From: an uncultured Haliangium sp.
GTDB lineage: Bacteria; Pseudomonadota; Gammaproteobacteria; GCA-001735895
Length of the DNA: 64,000 nucleotides
Assembly (NCBI GenBank): GCA_964195735.1
Contig: CAXMQY010000056.1
Span: 1,503 to 65,502, forward strand
Reading direction: 5' to 3'
The notes beneath the pieces are model-generated. The model was not told where the DNA came from. It saw only the letters and a program-made list of their open reading frames with translations, and did not search any database. This document shows positions 47,347 through 57,729 of this stretch, piece by piece. The position numbers were made by a program, and so were the translations under genes. Position 1 is the stretch's first letter, and each line of letters begins with the position of its first letter.

Positions 47347-48899
47347 CGTCGGCAGCAAATGGCGACCAGACCCTGCGGCTCGAGCTGAACGGGATTACCA
47401 AGATCTATCCATCGGTAATCGCCAACGAAGACGTGTCGCTGTCGGTCAAACGCGGTGAAATCCACGCGGTACTGGGCGAAAACGGCGCCGGTAAGTCGAC
47501 GCTGATGAAGATGATTTACGGCGTGACGCACCCGGACGCCGGCCAGATGAAATGGGAAGGCGAGCCAGTGCATGTAGAAAACCCGGCGCATGCGCGCAGT
47601 CTCGGCATCGGCATGGTGTTTCAACACTTCTCGCTGTTCGAAACGCTGAACGTGGTCGAGAATGTCGCGCTCGCGCTGCCGGGCAACCCGGATCTCAATG
47701 AACTCGCCAGCCAGATCACCGAGGTGTCGAACCGTTACGGCCTGCCGGTCGATCCCGGGCGCCTGGTGCATGCGCTCTCGGTGGGCGAACGCCAGCGTGT
47801 CGAAATCATTCGCTGCCTGTTGCAGAACCCGAAGTTGCTGATCATGGACGAGCCGACCTCGGTATTGACGCCGCAGGCGGTGCGCAAGTTGTTCGATACC
47901 CTGCGGCAGCTCGCCGAAGAGGGTTGTAGCATTCTCTACATCAGTCACAAACTCGACGAAATTCAGGAACTCTGCCACGTCGCCACGGTGTTGCGCGACG
48001 GCAAGGTGACCGGCCACTGTATCCCCGCCGAGGAAACGCCCAAATCGATGGCGAGCCTGATGATCGGTAAGGAGCTGCCGGTGCCGGAACGCGGTGAGCC
48101 GGCCGAGCTTGGCGAGATTCGACTGCAGTTAAACAGCTTGTCGAAGTCGTCTGACGATCCCTTCGGCACCGATTTGAAGGCGATCGACATCGAGGTTCGT
48201 TCCGGTGAGATCTTAGGGATTGCCGGCGTGTCCGGTAACGGACAGCAGGAACTGTTGTATGCGCTGTCGGGCGAGGAACTGGTCGACAACGCCGATGCGA
48301 TCCATGTCTGCGGCAAGGCTTCGGGACGCGACATGCCCGGCCAGCGGCGCCTGCTGGGCATGGGGTTCGTTCCGGAGGAGCGACTCGGTCGCGGCGCGGT
48401 GCCGCGCATGTCGCTCACCGAAAATGCATTGCTGACGGCCTACCACGCCGACATGTTGCGCCTTGGCATGATCCAGTTCGAGCGTATCTCGGCATTCGCG
48501 CGCAAATGCATCGAGGATTTCAACGTCAAATGCGGTGGCGAAGACCACGCCGCCAACTCGCTGTCGGGCGGCAACCTGCAGAAATTCATCATGGGCCGCG
48601 AGATTCTGCTGGCGCCGAAATTACTGGTGGTAGCGCAACCCACCTGGGGCGTTGATGTCGGCGCGGCCGCTTTCATTCGTCAGCGACTGATCGATTTACG
48701 TGACCAGGGTACCGCGATTCTGGTGATTTCCGAGGAGCTCGAGGAGCTGTTTGAAATCTCGGACCGCATCGCGGTCATCGCCGATGGGCGCCTGTCGCCC
48801 GCGAAAATGCTTGCGGATACGAGTATCGACGAAATCGGTGTGTGGATGAGCGGAATGTGGGAAACCCCCGCTGCCGCGGGAGTAGACGCCAATGCTTAG
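47343..48899 (+). CDS. ABC transporter ATP-binding protein with two ABC domains (CUT2/nucleoside-type)
   Basis: Two Walker A motifs (GENGAGKST and GVSGNGQ), an LSGGNLQK signature, and 518 aa. Confidence 0.9.
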   Translation: MTSAANGDQTLRLELNGITKIYPSVIANEDVSLSVKRGEIHAVLGENGAGKSTLMKMIYGVTHPDAGQMKWEGEPVHVENPAHARSLGIGMVFQHFSLFETLNVVENVALALPGNPDLNELASQITEVSNRYGLPVDPGRLVHALSVGERQRVEIIRCLLQNPKLLIMDEPTSVLTPQAVRKLFDTLRQLAEEGCSILYISHKLDEIQELCHVATVLRDGKVTGHCIPAEETPKSMASLMIGKELPVPERGEPAELGEIRLQLNSLSKSSDDPFGTDLKAIDIEVRSGEILGIAGVSGNGQQELLYALSGEELVDNADAIHVCGKASGRDMPGQRRLLGMGFVPEERLGRGAVPRMSLTENALLTAYHADMLRLGMIQFERISAFARKCIEDFNVKCGGEDHAANSLSGGNLQKFIMGREILLAPKLLVVAQPTWGVDVGAAAFIRQRLIDLRDQGTAILVISEELEELFEISDRIAVIADGRLSPAKMLADTSIDEIGVWMSGMWETPAAAGVDANA

Positions 48900-49956
48900 G
48901 CTGGAACGACGCCCCGAAGCCTCGCAGATGATGTCTTACCTGTCGCCGCTGATCGCCATCGTGTTGATGTTGATCGGAGGCCTGCTGTTGTTTACCGCGC
49001 TGGGCAAGGATCCGATCGAAGGGTTTAAGGTGTTTTTCATCTACCCGATCAGTGATTCCTACGGGGTTTCCGAACTGTTTTTAAAGGCCACGCCATTGAT
49101 GCTGATCGCCATCGGTCTTGCTGTAGGCTTTCGCGCCAACGTGTGGAACATCGGCGCCGAGGGGCAGTTGATCGCCGGCGCGATCGCTGCGAGCGCGGTT
49201 GCGCTTTACTTTTACGAGGACGAGGGCGCGCATATATTGATCCTGATGGTCATCGCCGGGGCCATCGGCGGCATGTTGTGGGCCAGCATACCCGCCTTCC
49301 TGAAAACCCGCTTCAATACCAACGAGATCCTGGTGTCGCTGATGCTGGTTTACGTCGCGCAGTTGCTGGTGTCCTGGCTGGTGCACGGGCCGATGATGGA
49401 TCCGGACGGTTTCAATTTTCCACAGTCGCGCCTGTTCGATGAACCGGCGTTGTTGCCGATACTGGTCGAGGGCACGCGTTTGAACCTGGCCTTTAGTTTC
49501 GCCGTCAGTGCGCTGCTGGTCGGCTACATCTTCATGTACCGCAGCTTCGCCGGATTCCAGATGCAGGTGGCTGGCTTTGCCAAAGATGCGGCGCGTTACG
49601 CCGGTTTTTCGGCGAAACGCATGATCTGGATTGGCTTGTTGAGCGGTGGCGGAATGGCCGGTCTCGCGGGCATGTCCGAGGTGGCCGGGCCGATGGGCCA
49701 GATCACCGAGCACGTTTCCAATAACTACGGATTCGCCGCCATCATCGTCGCCTTTGTCGCGCGCCTGAACCCGATCGGTATTTTCTTCGCCAGCCTGTTG
49801 ATGGCGCTGCTCTACCTCGGCGGTGAACAGGCACAGCAATACCTGGCGCTGCCGTCATCGATCTCCAACGTGTTCCAGGGCATGCTGCTGATGTTCCTGC
49901 TGGGCTCGGACGTCTTTATCAATTATCGCGTTCGCTGGAAGGAGGCCATTGCCTGA
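48892..49956 (+). CDS. ABC transporter permease
   Basis: Polytopic permease of the BMP/nucleoside ABC type. Confidence 0.85.
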   Translation: MLRLERRPEASQMMSYLSPLIAIVLMLIGGLLLFTALGKDPIEGFKVFFIYPISDSYGVSELFLKATPLMLIAIGLAVGFRANVWNIGAEGQLIAGAIAASAVALYFYEDEGAHILILMVIAGAIGGMLWASIPAFLKTRFNTNEILVSLMLVYVAQLLVSWLVHGPMMDPDGFNFPQSRLFDEPALLPILVEGTRLNLAFSFAVSALLVGYIFMYRSFAGFQMQVAGFAKDAARYAGFSAKRMIWIGLLSGGGMAGLAGMSEVAGPMGQITEHVSNNYGFAAIIVAFVARLNPIGIFFASLLMALLYLGGEQAQQYLALPSSISNVFQGMLLMFLLGSDVFINYRVRWKEAIA

Positions 49957-50888
49957 TGGAAACCTCGATCCTGAGTTCGATTCTTTTTGCCACCATCGTT
50001 GCCGGTACACCGTTGATTATTGTCGCGCTCGGCCAGTTGATCGCCGAGAAAGCCGGCGTTCTCAATCTCGGTGCCGAAGGCATGATGGCGATGGGCGCTA
50101 TCGCCGGTTTCGCGGTTACCCTGCACAGCGGTAATCCGTGGCTGGGCGTGCTCGCCGGTATGCTCGCCGGTGCTGCCATGTCGTTCATATTCGCCGTGGT
50201 GGTGTTGACGCTGATGGGTAACCAGGTCGCGAGCGGGCTGGCGCTGTCCATTCTCGGCGTCGGACTGTCTGCCTTCATCGGCAAGCCTTACGAATCCGAT
50301 ATCCTGCCGACCGTCGGCGCGCTGCGCATTCCGCTACTCGCCGATCTGCCGATCATCGGTGATGCTTTGTTCAACCAGCAGGCGCTGGTGTACTTTTCCT
50401 GGGCACTGTTTGCGGGCATCGCCTGGTTCCTGTATCGCAGCCGTACAGGCCTGGTATTACGCGCGGTTGGCGAATCACCCTCGTCGGCGCATTCAATCGG
50501 TTACCCGGTGATTCGCATTCGCTACCTGGCGACGATTTTCGGCGGTGCCATGGCGGGTATCGGCGGTTCCTTCCTGTCGGTTTTCTATACGCCGCTGTGG
50601 GTCGAGGGCATGGTTTCGGGGCGTGGCTGGATCGCCATCGCACTGGTGGTATTTGCAACCTGGCGACCGTTTCGCGTGCTGGTCGGCGCTTATTTGTTCG
50701 GCGGTGTCATGGTCGCGCAGCTATTCGTGCAAGGTTCCGATCTTGATATTAATATACCGTCCCAGTTGCTGTCGGCGCTGCCTTACCTGGCGACGATTAT
50801 CGTGCTGGTCATTATTTCGCGCGATCAGAACACGGTGCGTCTGAACGCGCCGGTATCGCTCGGCCAACCCTATCGGCCGGAAGCGTAA
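49956..50888 (+). CDS. ABC transporter permease
   Basis: Second permease; its start overlaps the upstream stop. Confidence 0.85.
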   Translation: METSILSSILFATIVAGTPLIIVALGQLIAEKAGVLNLGAEGMMAMGAIAGFAVTLHSGNPWLGVLAGMLAGAAMSFIFAVVVLTLMGNQVASGLALSILGVGLSAFIGKPYESDILPTVGALRIPLLADLPIIGDALFNQQALVYFSWALFAGIAWFLYRSRTGLVLRAVGESPSSAHSIGYPVIRIRYLATIFGGAMAGIGGSFLSVFYTPLWVEGMVSGRGWIAIALVVFATWRPFRVLVGAYLFGGVMVAQLFVQGSDLDINIPSQLLSALPYLATIIVLVIISRDQNTVRLNAPVSLGQPYRPEA

Positions 50889-50973
50889 ACAGCGCTTAAG
50901 CCTGCGTTAACAAGCAAAGACATATAAACAGGGGCAAACCCCTCAACATAAACCTGAAAAGCCCGGGAGGGTT

Positions 50974-52056
50974 GTGAAAATGACAATAACCAATATATCG
51001 ATCAAGAAACTGGCGCTGGTGCTGCTTGCCTGTGCGCTATCCGGCACCAGCCTGGCGGCCGAAGACTTTAACGTAGGCTTTGTCTACGTCAGCCCCATCG
51101 GTGATGCCGGTTGGACATACCAGCATGACCTCGGCCGGCTGCAGCTGGAAAAGGAAACCGGTGTCACCACCAGTTATGTTGAAAACGTATCCGAAGGCGC
51201 CGATGCCGAGCGTGTCATCCGCGAGATGGCCAAGCGTGGCGACAAGGTCATCTTCGCGACCAGCTTCGGCTACATGAACTATGCGCTCAAGGTGTCGAAA
51301 AGCTTCAAGAACACCGCCTTCGTGCACGTCACCGGCTACAAGCTCGGTAAAAACATGGGTTTGGTGAATGCGCGTTTCTACGAAGGCCGTTACCTGACCG
51401 GCGTCATTGCCGGCGAAATGACCAAGTCGAACGTGCTTGGTTACGTTGCTGCATTCCCGATCCCGGAAGTGCTGCAAGGCATCAACGCCTTCATCAAGGG
51501 CGCGCGCAGCGTCAATCCAAAGGCCGAGCTGCGCGTCATCTGGGTTAACTCCTGGTATGACCCGGGCAAGGAGCGGCAGGCGGCTATGACATTGATCTCG
51601 CAGGGCGCCGACATGATCACGCATCACACCGATTCCACCGCGGTGGTTCAGGCAGCCGAGGAAGAGGGCGTGTATGCCTTCGGTTATCACTCCGACATGT
51701 CCAAGTACGGACCGAAAGCGCACCTGACGGCGACTACTCACCAATGGGGCGATTATTACGTCAAGACGATTAAGGAAGTTCAGGCTGGCACCTGGGCGCC
51801 GATCAGCGTCTGGGGCGGCTATCCGCGTGGCATGATCAAACTGGCGCCGTTGAATGACGCCATCCCGGCCGATCTGCAGGCGCGTATTGGCGACATGGAG
51901 AAACAACTGACGGCGCGTGAGTTGCATCCCTTCTCCGGTCCGGTGATCGACCAGTCCGGCAAGACCATCGTTGCCGAGGGTAAGCACATGTCGGATGAGC
52001 AGCTCAGCAAGATGAATTACTACCTGCAGGGCGTGGTCAGCAAGATTCCGAACTGA
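50974..52056 (+). CDS. BMP-family ABC transporter substrate-binding protein (purine/nucleoside-binding lipoprotein family)
   Basis: Signal peptide followed by a Bmp/PnrA-like fold (FNVGFVYVSPIGDAGWTYQHD). Confidence 0.85.
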   Translation: MKMTITNISIKKLALVLLACALSGTSLAAEDFNVGFVYVSPIGDAGWTYQHDLGRLQLEKETGVTTSYVENVSEGADAERVIREMAKRGDKVIFATSFGYMNYALKVSKSFKNTAFVHVTGYKLGKNMGLVNARFYEGRYLTGVIAGEMTKSNVLGYVAAFPIPEVLQGINAFIKGARSVNPKAELRVIWVNSWYDPGKERQAAMTLISQGADMITHHTDSTAVVQAAEEEGVYAFGYHSDMSKYGPKAHLTATTHQWGDYYVKTIKEVQAGTWAPISVWGGYPRGMIKLAPLNDAIPADLQARIGDMEKQLTARELHPFSGPVIDQSGKTIVAEGKHMSDEQLSKMNYYLQGVVSKIPN

Positions 52057-52184
52057 TGCGTAGCGTCATTGCGAGGCGCGTTGGCGCCTTTAGGCCCTTT
52101 TGGGTCGCGGCAATCTCCCGAGCAGCTACCACCTTCGGGAGATTGCTTCGTCGCTTTGCGACTCGCAATGACAGAGTATAGATT

Positions 52185-53372
52185 ATGGAAGCATATCTAC
52201 TCGACTGGGCGAGTTTACTGGTACGTTGGCTGCACCTGATCGCCGGCGTTGCCTGGATCGGCGCCTCGTTTTACTTTGTCATGCTCGACAGTTCGCTGAG
52301 CCCGCCTGCGCGTGATCAGGACCAGGCGCGTGGCGTCAGCGGCGAGCTGTGGGCGGTGCACGGCGGCGGTGTTTACCAGAGCCAGAAATTCCTGCTCGGG
52401 CCGATCGGCGAGCCGCTTGCCGAGAACCTGCACTGGTCCAAATGGGAAGCCTATACCACCTGGCTGTCGGGCATGGGTCTGCTCGCAATAATTTACTGGT
52501 TTGGTGCCAGTACCTACCTGATCGACCAGCAGGTGATGGCTTTGTCACCGGCTATCGCGATCGCGATCAGCATCGCCTTTCTCGTCGGTGGTTGGGTTAT
52601 CTACAACACGCTGTGCAAGATGCTGCGTGGTCGCGATAACCTGCTTGCCGGAATTATCTTCGTGCTGGTCTCGCTGTCGGCCTGGGTGCTGTTCCAGTTG
52701 TTCAGCGCGCGCGCCGCCTACCTGCACGTCGGCGCGATCATGGGTACCATCATGGCAGCCAACGTCTTCTTCCAGATCATACCGGGACAGAAGCGGGTCG
52801 TGGCACAGATACGTGCTGGCGAAACGCCCGACACTGAGCCCGGCATCATCGGAAAACAGCGCTCGGTGCATAACACTTATTTCACCCTGCCGGTGCTGTT
52901 CATCATGATCAGCAATCACTACCCGATGACTTACAGCCATCCACAGGGTTGGCTGGTGCTGATTTTCATCATGCTCGCCGGCGTGCTGATCCGTCAGTAT
53001 TTCGTGATGCGTCACTCGCACAAGGCCAGCCCGATGCTGCCGGCGATCGCGGTTGTGCTGCTAGTGGCAGTGGTCTGGTACCTGCGCCCCGGGCCACCGA
53101 TGGCAACGGGGGGGGAGCAGGTCAGCGGCGCGCAGATTGCTGAAATCATCAACAGTCGTTGTGTCGCCTGTCATGCCAGCGAACCAGGCCAACCGGGGTT
53201 TGCGAAAGCGCCACTCGGTATCCTGCTGGAGACGCCGCAACAGGTTCGGGCGCGAGCCGAGCGAATCGCTTTCACCGTGCAGTCCCGCTATATGCCGATC
53301 GGCAACCTCACCGGCATGACCGACGCGGAACGCGCCACGGTGGCGAGCTGGTACGCGCAACTTAAGCCCTGA
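52185..53372 (+). CDS. puuD: urate hydroxylase PuuD (membrane-bound cytochrome c urate oxidase)
   Basis: Multi-TM N-terminal region and a C-terminal CxxCH haem c motif (NSRCVACHAS), located within the purine-catabolism cluster. Confidence 0.8.
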   Translation: MEAYLLDWASLLVRWLHLIAGVAWIGASFYFVMLDSSLSPPARDQDQARGVSGELWAVHGGGVYQSQKFLLGPIGEPLAENLHWSKWEAYTTWLSGMGLLAIIYWFGASTYLIDQQVMALSPAIAIAISIAFLVGGWVIYNTLCKMLRGRDNLLAGIIFVLVSLSAWVLFQLFSARAAYLHVGAIMGTIMAANVFFQIIPGQKRVVAQIRAGETPDTEPGIIGKQRSVHNTYFTLPVLFIMISNHYPMTYSHPQGWLVLIFIMLAGVLIRQYFVMRHSHKASPMLPAIAVVLLVAVVWYLRPGPPMATGGEQVSGAQIAEIINSRCVACHASEPGQPGFAKAPLGILLETPQQVRARAERIAFTVQSRYMPIGNLTGMTDAERATVASWYAQLKP

Positions 53373-53377
53373 AATTC

Positions 53378-54712
53378 ATGTCCGTAGTTCCCTCAGTGCT
53401 GGACAACGACAGCTGCGATACCGCGATTCGCGCGAGCTTCCTGCATTTTCACTCCGACCCCGATTTATCGGGCGATTCCTTCGAGTATCTCGAAGACGGC
53501 CTGCTGATTCTTAAGCAGGGGCGGGTTCAGCAACTGGTCAACGCGCTCGACTGGATCGACCATCTGCCCGACGGGTCCGCGCTCTACGATTACTCGGGCT
53601 GCCTCGTCATGCCCGGCTTTATCGATACGCACAGCCATTATCCGCAGACCGAGATGATCGCCAGTTACGGACTGCAACTGCTGGACTGGCTAAACCAGTA
53701 CACCTTTCCGACCGAGGAGAAATTCGCGGAACGTGACTACGCAGATCGGATTGCCGAGTTCTACTGCGAGCAGATGATGCGCAACGGCACCACCACCAGC
53801 GCCGTGTTTGCGACCGTACACAGCGAATCGGTGGACGCGATTTTCGAAGCCGCGCAGCGGCGCGACCTGTGCCTGATATCTGGCAAGGTGATGATGGATC
53901 GAAACGCGCCTGCCAGCCTGCTGGACGATCCTGAGCAGAGTTACCGGCAAAGCGAGGAACTGATCCAGCGCTGGCATTTACAGGGGCGTTTGCATTATGG
54001 GGTGACGCCGCGTTTCGCGCCCTGTTGCAGCCCAAGACAGCTTGAACTCTGCGGGCAGCTGCTCGATGAACACCCCGACCTCTACCTGCAGTCTCACGTC
54101 GCCGAAAACGTCGACGAAGTGCGCTGGGTGGCAGAACTGTTTCCCGACAGCCGCAGTTATCTGGACGTATATGATCGATTTGGGCTGCTCGGGCCGCGCT
54201 CGGTATACGCGCACTGTATCCATCTTGACGAGGCTGATCGCGAGCGCATGGCGGATAGCGGCGCCGCAATCGCGTTCTGCCCGACCTCAAACTTGTTTCT
54301 CGGCAGCGGCCTGTTCAGCCTCGACGCCGCGCGCGGCCACGACATTCGTGTCGGGCTCGCCACCGATGTCGGCGCCGGCACCAGCTTTAGCCAGTTGCAG
54401 ACACTGAACGAAGCTTACAAGGTGTGCCAGATGGGCGGGCACAGCCTGACGCCGTTGAAGGCGTTTTACCTGGCGACGCTGGGCGCGGCCGAGTCGCTTT
54501 ACCTCGACCACCGCATCGGTAGTTTCGCAGTCGGCAAGGAAGCGGATTTCGTCGTCCTCGACCTGCAGGCAACGGAGTTGATGAAACTGCGGATGCAAAA
54601 CGCGCAGACCCTTGATGACAAGTTGTTCGCATTGATGATGCTTGGCGACGACCGATGCGTGCAGGCCACCCACGTGATGGGTCGGCGCCAGTACTTGCGA
54701 GCGCGCGCATGA
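53378..54712 (+). CDS. guaD: guanine deaminase
   Basis: PGFIDTHSHYPQTEM metal-binding motif of amidohydrolase guanine deaminases, 444 aa. Confidence 0.85.
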   Translation: MSVVPSVLDNDSCDTAIRASFLHFHSDPDLSGDSFEYLEDGLLILKQGRVQQLVNALDWIDHLPDGSALYDYSGCLVMPGFIDTHSHYPQTEMIASYGLQLLDWLNQYTFPTEEKFAERDYADRIAEFYCEQMMRNGTTTSAVFATVHSESVDAIFEAAQRRDLCLISGKVMMDRNAPASLLDDPEQSYRQSEELIQRWHLQGRLHYGVTPRFAPCCSPRQLELCGQLLDEHPDLYLQSHVAENVDEVRWVAELFPDSRSYLDVYDRFGLLGPRSVYAHCIHLDEADRERMADSGAAIAFCPTSNLFLGSGLFSLDAARGHDIRVGLATDVGAGTSFSQLQTLNEAYKVCQMGGHSLTPLKAFYLATLGAAESLYLDHRIGSFAVGKEADFVVLDLQATELMKLRMQNAQTLDDKLFALMMLGDDRCVQATHVMGRRQYLRARA

Positions 54713-56115
54713 AGCTGCTGCTGGTCGAAAATGCCGAGGTGCTGGTCACCATGGACGCCGAGCGCCGTGAGATTGAAAATGGCGCCGTGCTGATCCGTGA
54801 TAATCGCGTCGAGTCGATCGGCACTACCGCGGAGTTGAGCGCCGAGCTCGAATCGAATGGCCTGCAACCCGGAAGGCGTATCGATGCCACCGGCTGTATC
54901 GTTATGCCGGGTCTGGTCAACTGCCACCATCACCTGTACCAGACGCTGACGCGCAGCATCGGCACCGCCGAGGGGAAGTCACTGTTCGACTGGTTGCAGA
55001 CGCTATACCCGGTGTGGGGGCAAATGGACGCGGAGGCGGTTTACATCAGCGCACGCCTGGGATTGGCCGAACTGATGCTGTCGGGTGCGACCACGGTCGC
55101 CGATCACCTTTACCTGTTTCCGAACGGCGCTCGACTCGACGACGAGATACGTGCTGCGCGCGAACTCGGCGTGCGCTTCCACCCGACCCGCGGCAGCATG
55201 AGCCTGGGGCAGAGCCAGGGGGGGCTGCCGCCGGATAGTGTCTGCGAGAACGAGGCTGATATTCTCGCCGACTGCGAGCGCGTCATTGCAGAATTCCACG
55301 ATCCCGAACCGCTGTCGATGCTGCGCATCGGGCTCGCCCCCTGTTCGCCATTCAGCGTAACACCCGAGCTAATGCGCGAGACCGCCGAGCTGGCGCGCCG
55401 CCACGCGGGCGTGCGCCTGCACACGCATCTCGCCGAAACCATCGATGAGAATCGTTTTTGCGAAGAGCAGTTCGGCCAGCGCCCATTGCCCTATCTGCAG
55501 AGTCTCGGATGGACCGGGGATGATGTCTGGTTCGCGCACATGGTGCATCCGAACAGTGACGAGATCGGCCTGTTGGCCGAGACCCTGAGCGGTGTCTGTC
55601 ACTGCCCGAGCAGCAACATGATCCTCGCGTCGGGCATCGCGCCGGTACGCGAGATGTGCGACCGCGGTGTGCGTGTCGGCCTCGGTGTCGACGGTTCCGC
55701 CAGCAACGATTCCAACCAGTTACTCGGCGAGGCGCGCCAGGCGATGCTGTTGCAGCGCGTCGGCTGGCCCGGATTCGAATCCCGTGCCGACCGCTTTTCC
55801 GCACGCGAGGCGCTCGAGCTTGCCACTCGTGGCGGCGCGAAAGTGCTAGGACGCGACGATATCGGCAGCCTTGAGCCGAGCATGGCTGCCGACCTCGTTG
55901 CTTACCGAATCGATGGCATTCAGCATGCTGGCGCGGGCGGTGATCGCGTCGCCGGTTTGCTGACCTGTGCGCCGGTGAACGCCTGGTGTTCCATCATCAA
56001 TGGACGCGTGGTGATCGAGCAGGGTGAAATCACCGGGCTGGATCTGCCGGCATTGATCCAGCAACATAACCAACAGGCACAGCGCCTTGTGCGCAAAGCC
56101 TCCGCTTCAAGGTAA
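54709..56115 (+). CDS. amidohydrolase, 8-oxoguanine deaminase/hydroxyatrazine-hydrolase-like (SsnA/AtzB-like)
   Basis: PGLVNCHHHLYQT metal-binding motif. Start ATG at 54709 overlaps the guaD stop (ATGA). Confidence 0.75.
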   Translation: MKLLLVENAEVLVTMDAERREIENGAVLIRDNRVESIGTTAELSAELESNGLQPGRRIDATGCIVMPGLVNCHHHLYQTLTRSIGTAEGKSLFDWLQTLYPVWGQMDAEAVYISARLGLAELMLSGATTVADHLYLFPNGARLDDEIRAARELGVRFHPTRGSMSLGQSQGGLPPDSVCENEADILADCERVIAEFHDPEPLSMLRIGLAPCSPFSVTPELMRETAELARRHAGVRLHTHLAETIDENRFCEEQFGQRPLPYLQSLGWTGDDVWFAHMVHPNSDEIGLLAETLSGVCHCPSSNMILASGIAPVREMCDRGVRVGLGVDGSASNDSNQLLGEARQAMLLQRVGWPGFESRADRFSAREALELATRGGAKVLGRDDIGSLEPSMAADLVAYRIDGIQHAGAGGDRVAGLLTCAPVNAWCSIINGRVVIEQGEITGLDLPALIQQHNQQAQRLVRKASASR

Positions 56116-56120
56116 TCAAG

Positions 56121-57116
56121 ATGACAGAAAGTACTCCCGAATTTATCGACCAGTGGATCAACCTGGCGCAACCGCGCCTTGGTGCCGAGATCGTCAGCTG
56201 CAGCGACGATTTTTTCGCCGAGTGCAGCCGCATGCTGAATCCCGAAGCTCCGCAGTTTATCGTCGGCAAGTTCGACGATAACGGCAAGTGGATGGATGGC
56301 TGGGAGACGCGCCGGCGGCGTAACGGCGGCTATGACCACGCCATCGTCAAGCTGGGCCTGCCCGGGGCAATCAAGGGCATCGATATCGATACCAGCCACT
56401 TTACCGGTAATTATGCGCCGGCTGCGTCACTCGAAGCCTGTTACAGCACTACTCGCGCAGACGAAGACAGTGACTGGCAGACCCTGATTCCGTCAACCAG
56501 CCTGCGGGGTGACAGTCATCATTATTTCGACATCGACAATCTGGCCTGTTTCACGCACATACGCCTGAACCTCTATCCGGACGGTGGTGTCGCCCGGCTG
56601 CGAGTGCACGGCCGGGTGATCAGCGATGCGGCAACCCTGGATAAGACTGCGCAGCACGATCTGGCAGCGGTCGAGCTCGGCGCTCGTGCGATCGCGTGGA
56701 ATGATGCGCATTTCGGTGCTGTCGAAAACCTGCTGAACCCGGGTAAGGGGATTAACATGGGCGATGGCTGGGAAACCCGCAGGCGTCGTGAACCCGGCTA
56801 TGACTGGTGCATCATCGAGCTGGGGCATCCGGGTCGTGTCGAGGCGGTGAACCTGGATACGGCTTTCTTTAAAGGTAACTATCCCGACCGCTGTTCGATT
56901 CAGGCAGCGCGAGTTGGTGCTGGAACCAAGGAATCCATTATCACGCAAAGCCAGTTCTGGGAGGAGTTGCTGCCACCGCAGAAACTGGAGATGGATCAGG
57001 AGCACGAGTTTCAGGCGCAAGTACAGGATATCGGCCCGGTCAGCCATGTGCGCATCAATATATTCCCGGACGGTGGCCTCAGCCGGGTGCGGCTACTGGG
57101 AAAGATCGATGGCTGA
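56121..57116 (+). CDS. alc: allantoicase
   Basis: Two allantoicase repeats with GWETRRRR motifs, 331 aa. Confidence 0.85.
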   Translation: MTESTPEFIDQWINLAQPRLGAEIVSCSDDFFAECSRMLNPEAPQFIVGKFDDNGKWMDGWETRRRRNGGYDHAIVKLGLPGAIKGIDIDTSHFTGNYAPAASLEACYSTTRADEDSDWQTLIPSTSLRGDSHHYFDIDNLACFTHIRLNLYPDGGVARLRVHGRVISDAATLDKTAQHDLAAVELGARAIAWNDAHFGAVENLLNPGKGINMGDGWETRRRREPGYDWCIIELGHPGRVEAVNLDTAFFKGNYPDRCSIQAARVGAGTKESIITQSQFWEELLPPQKLEMDQEHEFQAQVQDIGPVSHVRINIFPDGGLSRVRLLGKIDG

Positions 57117-57612
57117 ATCCTTGACCATACAGGCACTAACAAGCGAAGCCTTTGCTCCTTTCGGCGAGGTTGTCGAGTTTGAGGGGCGGGATTTCTTCCC
57201 GATCAACAACGGTATGGCGGATCGCTATCACGCACTCGCCAACGTGGAACTGGGTGGAGAAGAATCGCGCGGCATCATCAGTCTCGTCGCCAGTCGCCAG
57301 TTCGACATGCCTCGCAAGGTTGATCATCTAGAGTACCATCCGCTCGGCAGCCAGGCTTTCCTGCCGCTCGATGCCAGCCAGTTTATCGTTGTTGTCTGCC
57401 CCGCTGCCGATTCACCCAACCTCTCCGAGCTGCAAGCCTTCGTCACCAATGGCCAGCAGGGCATCAATTACCACCTCGGCACCTGGCACCACGTGCTGCT
57501 GACGCCATACGCGCCCATGCGCTTCATCTGCATCGACCGCGCCGGCCCCGGCCACAACTGCACCGACTATCACATCGCAGAACCCGATCAACCGTTGCTC
57601 CACCTCCCCTGA
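57109..57612 (+). CDS. allA: ureidoglycolate lyase
   Basis: MAESLTIQALTSEAFAPFGEV...HPLGSQAF is an AllA cupin. Start ATG at 57109 overlaps the alc stop. Confidence 0.85.
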   Translation: MAESLTIQALTSEAFAPFGEVVEFEGRDFFPINNGMADRYHALANVELGGEESRGIISLVASRQFDMPRKVDHLEYHPLGSQAFLPLDASQFIVVVCPAADSPNLSELQAFVTNGQQGINYHLGTWHHVLLTPYAPMRFICIDRAGPGHNCTDYHIAEPDQPLLHLP

Positions 57613-57729
57613 GTCAGTCGCCTTGCGGTTGGCCCCAAGTCTGCTACTCGCTTATGCTTAAGTAATTGGCATTCTGGTCTGCTCCCGTTTTTCATGACAG
57701 AATTGCCGCTGGTTTAGGAGGGGAAATAC

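Noticed and set aside
51037-51987. 316-aa minus-strand ORF antisense to the BMP-family binding protein
   Set aside because: Antisense shadow.
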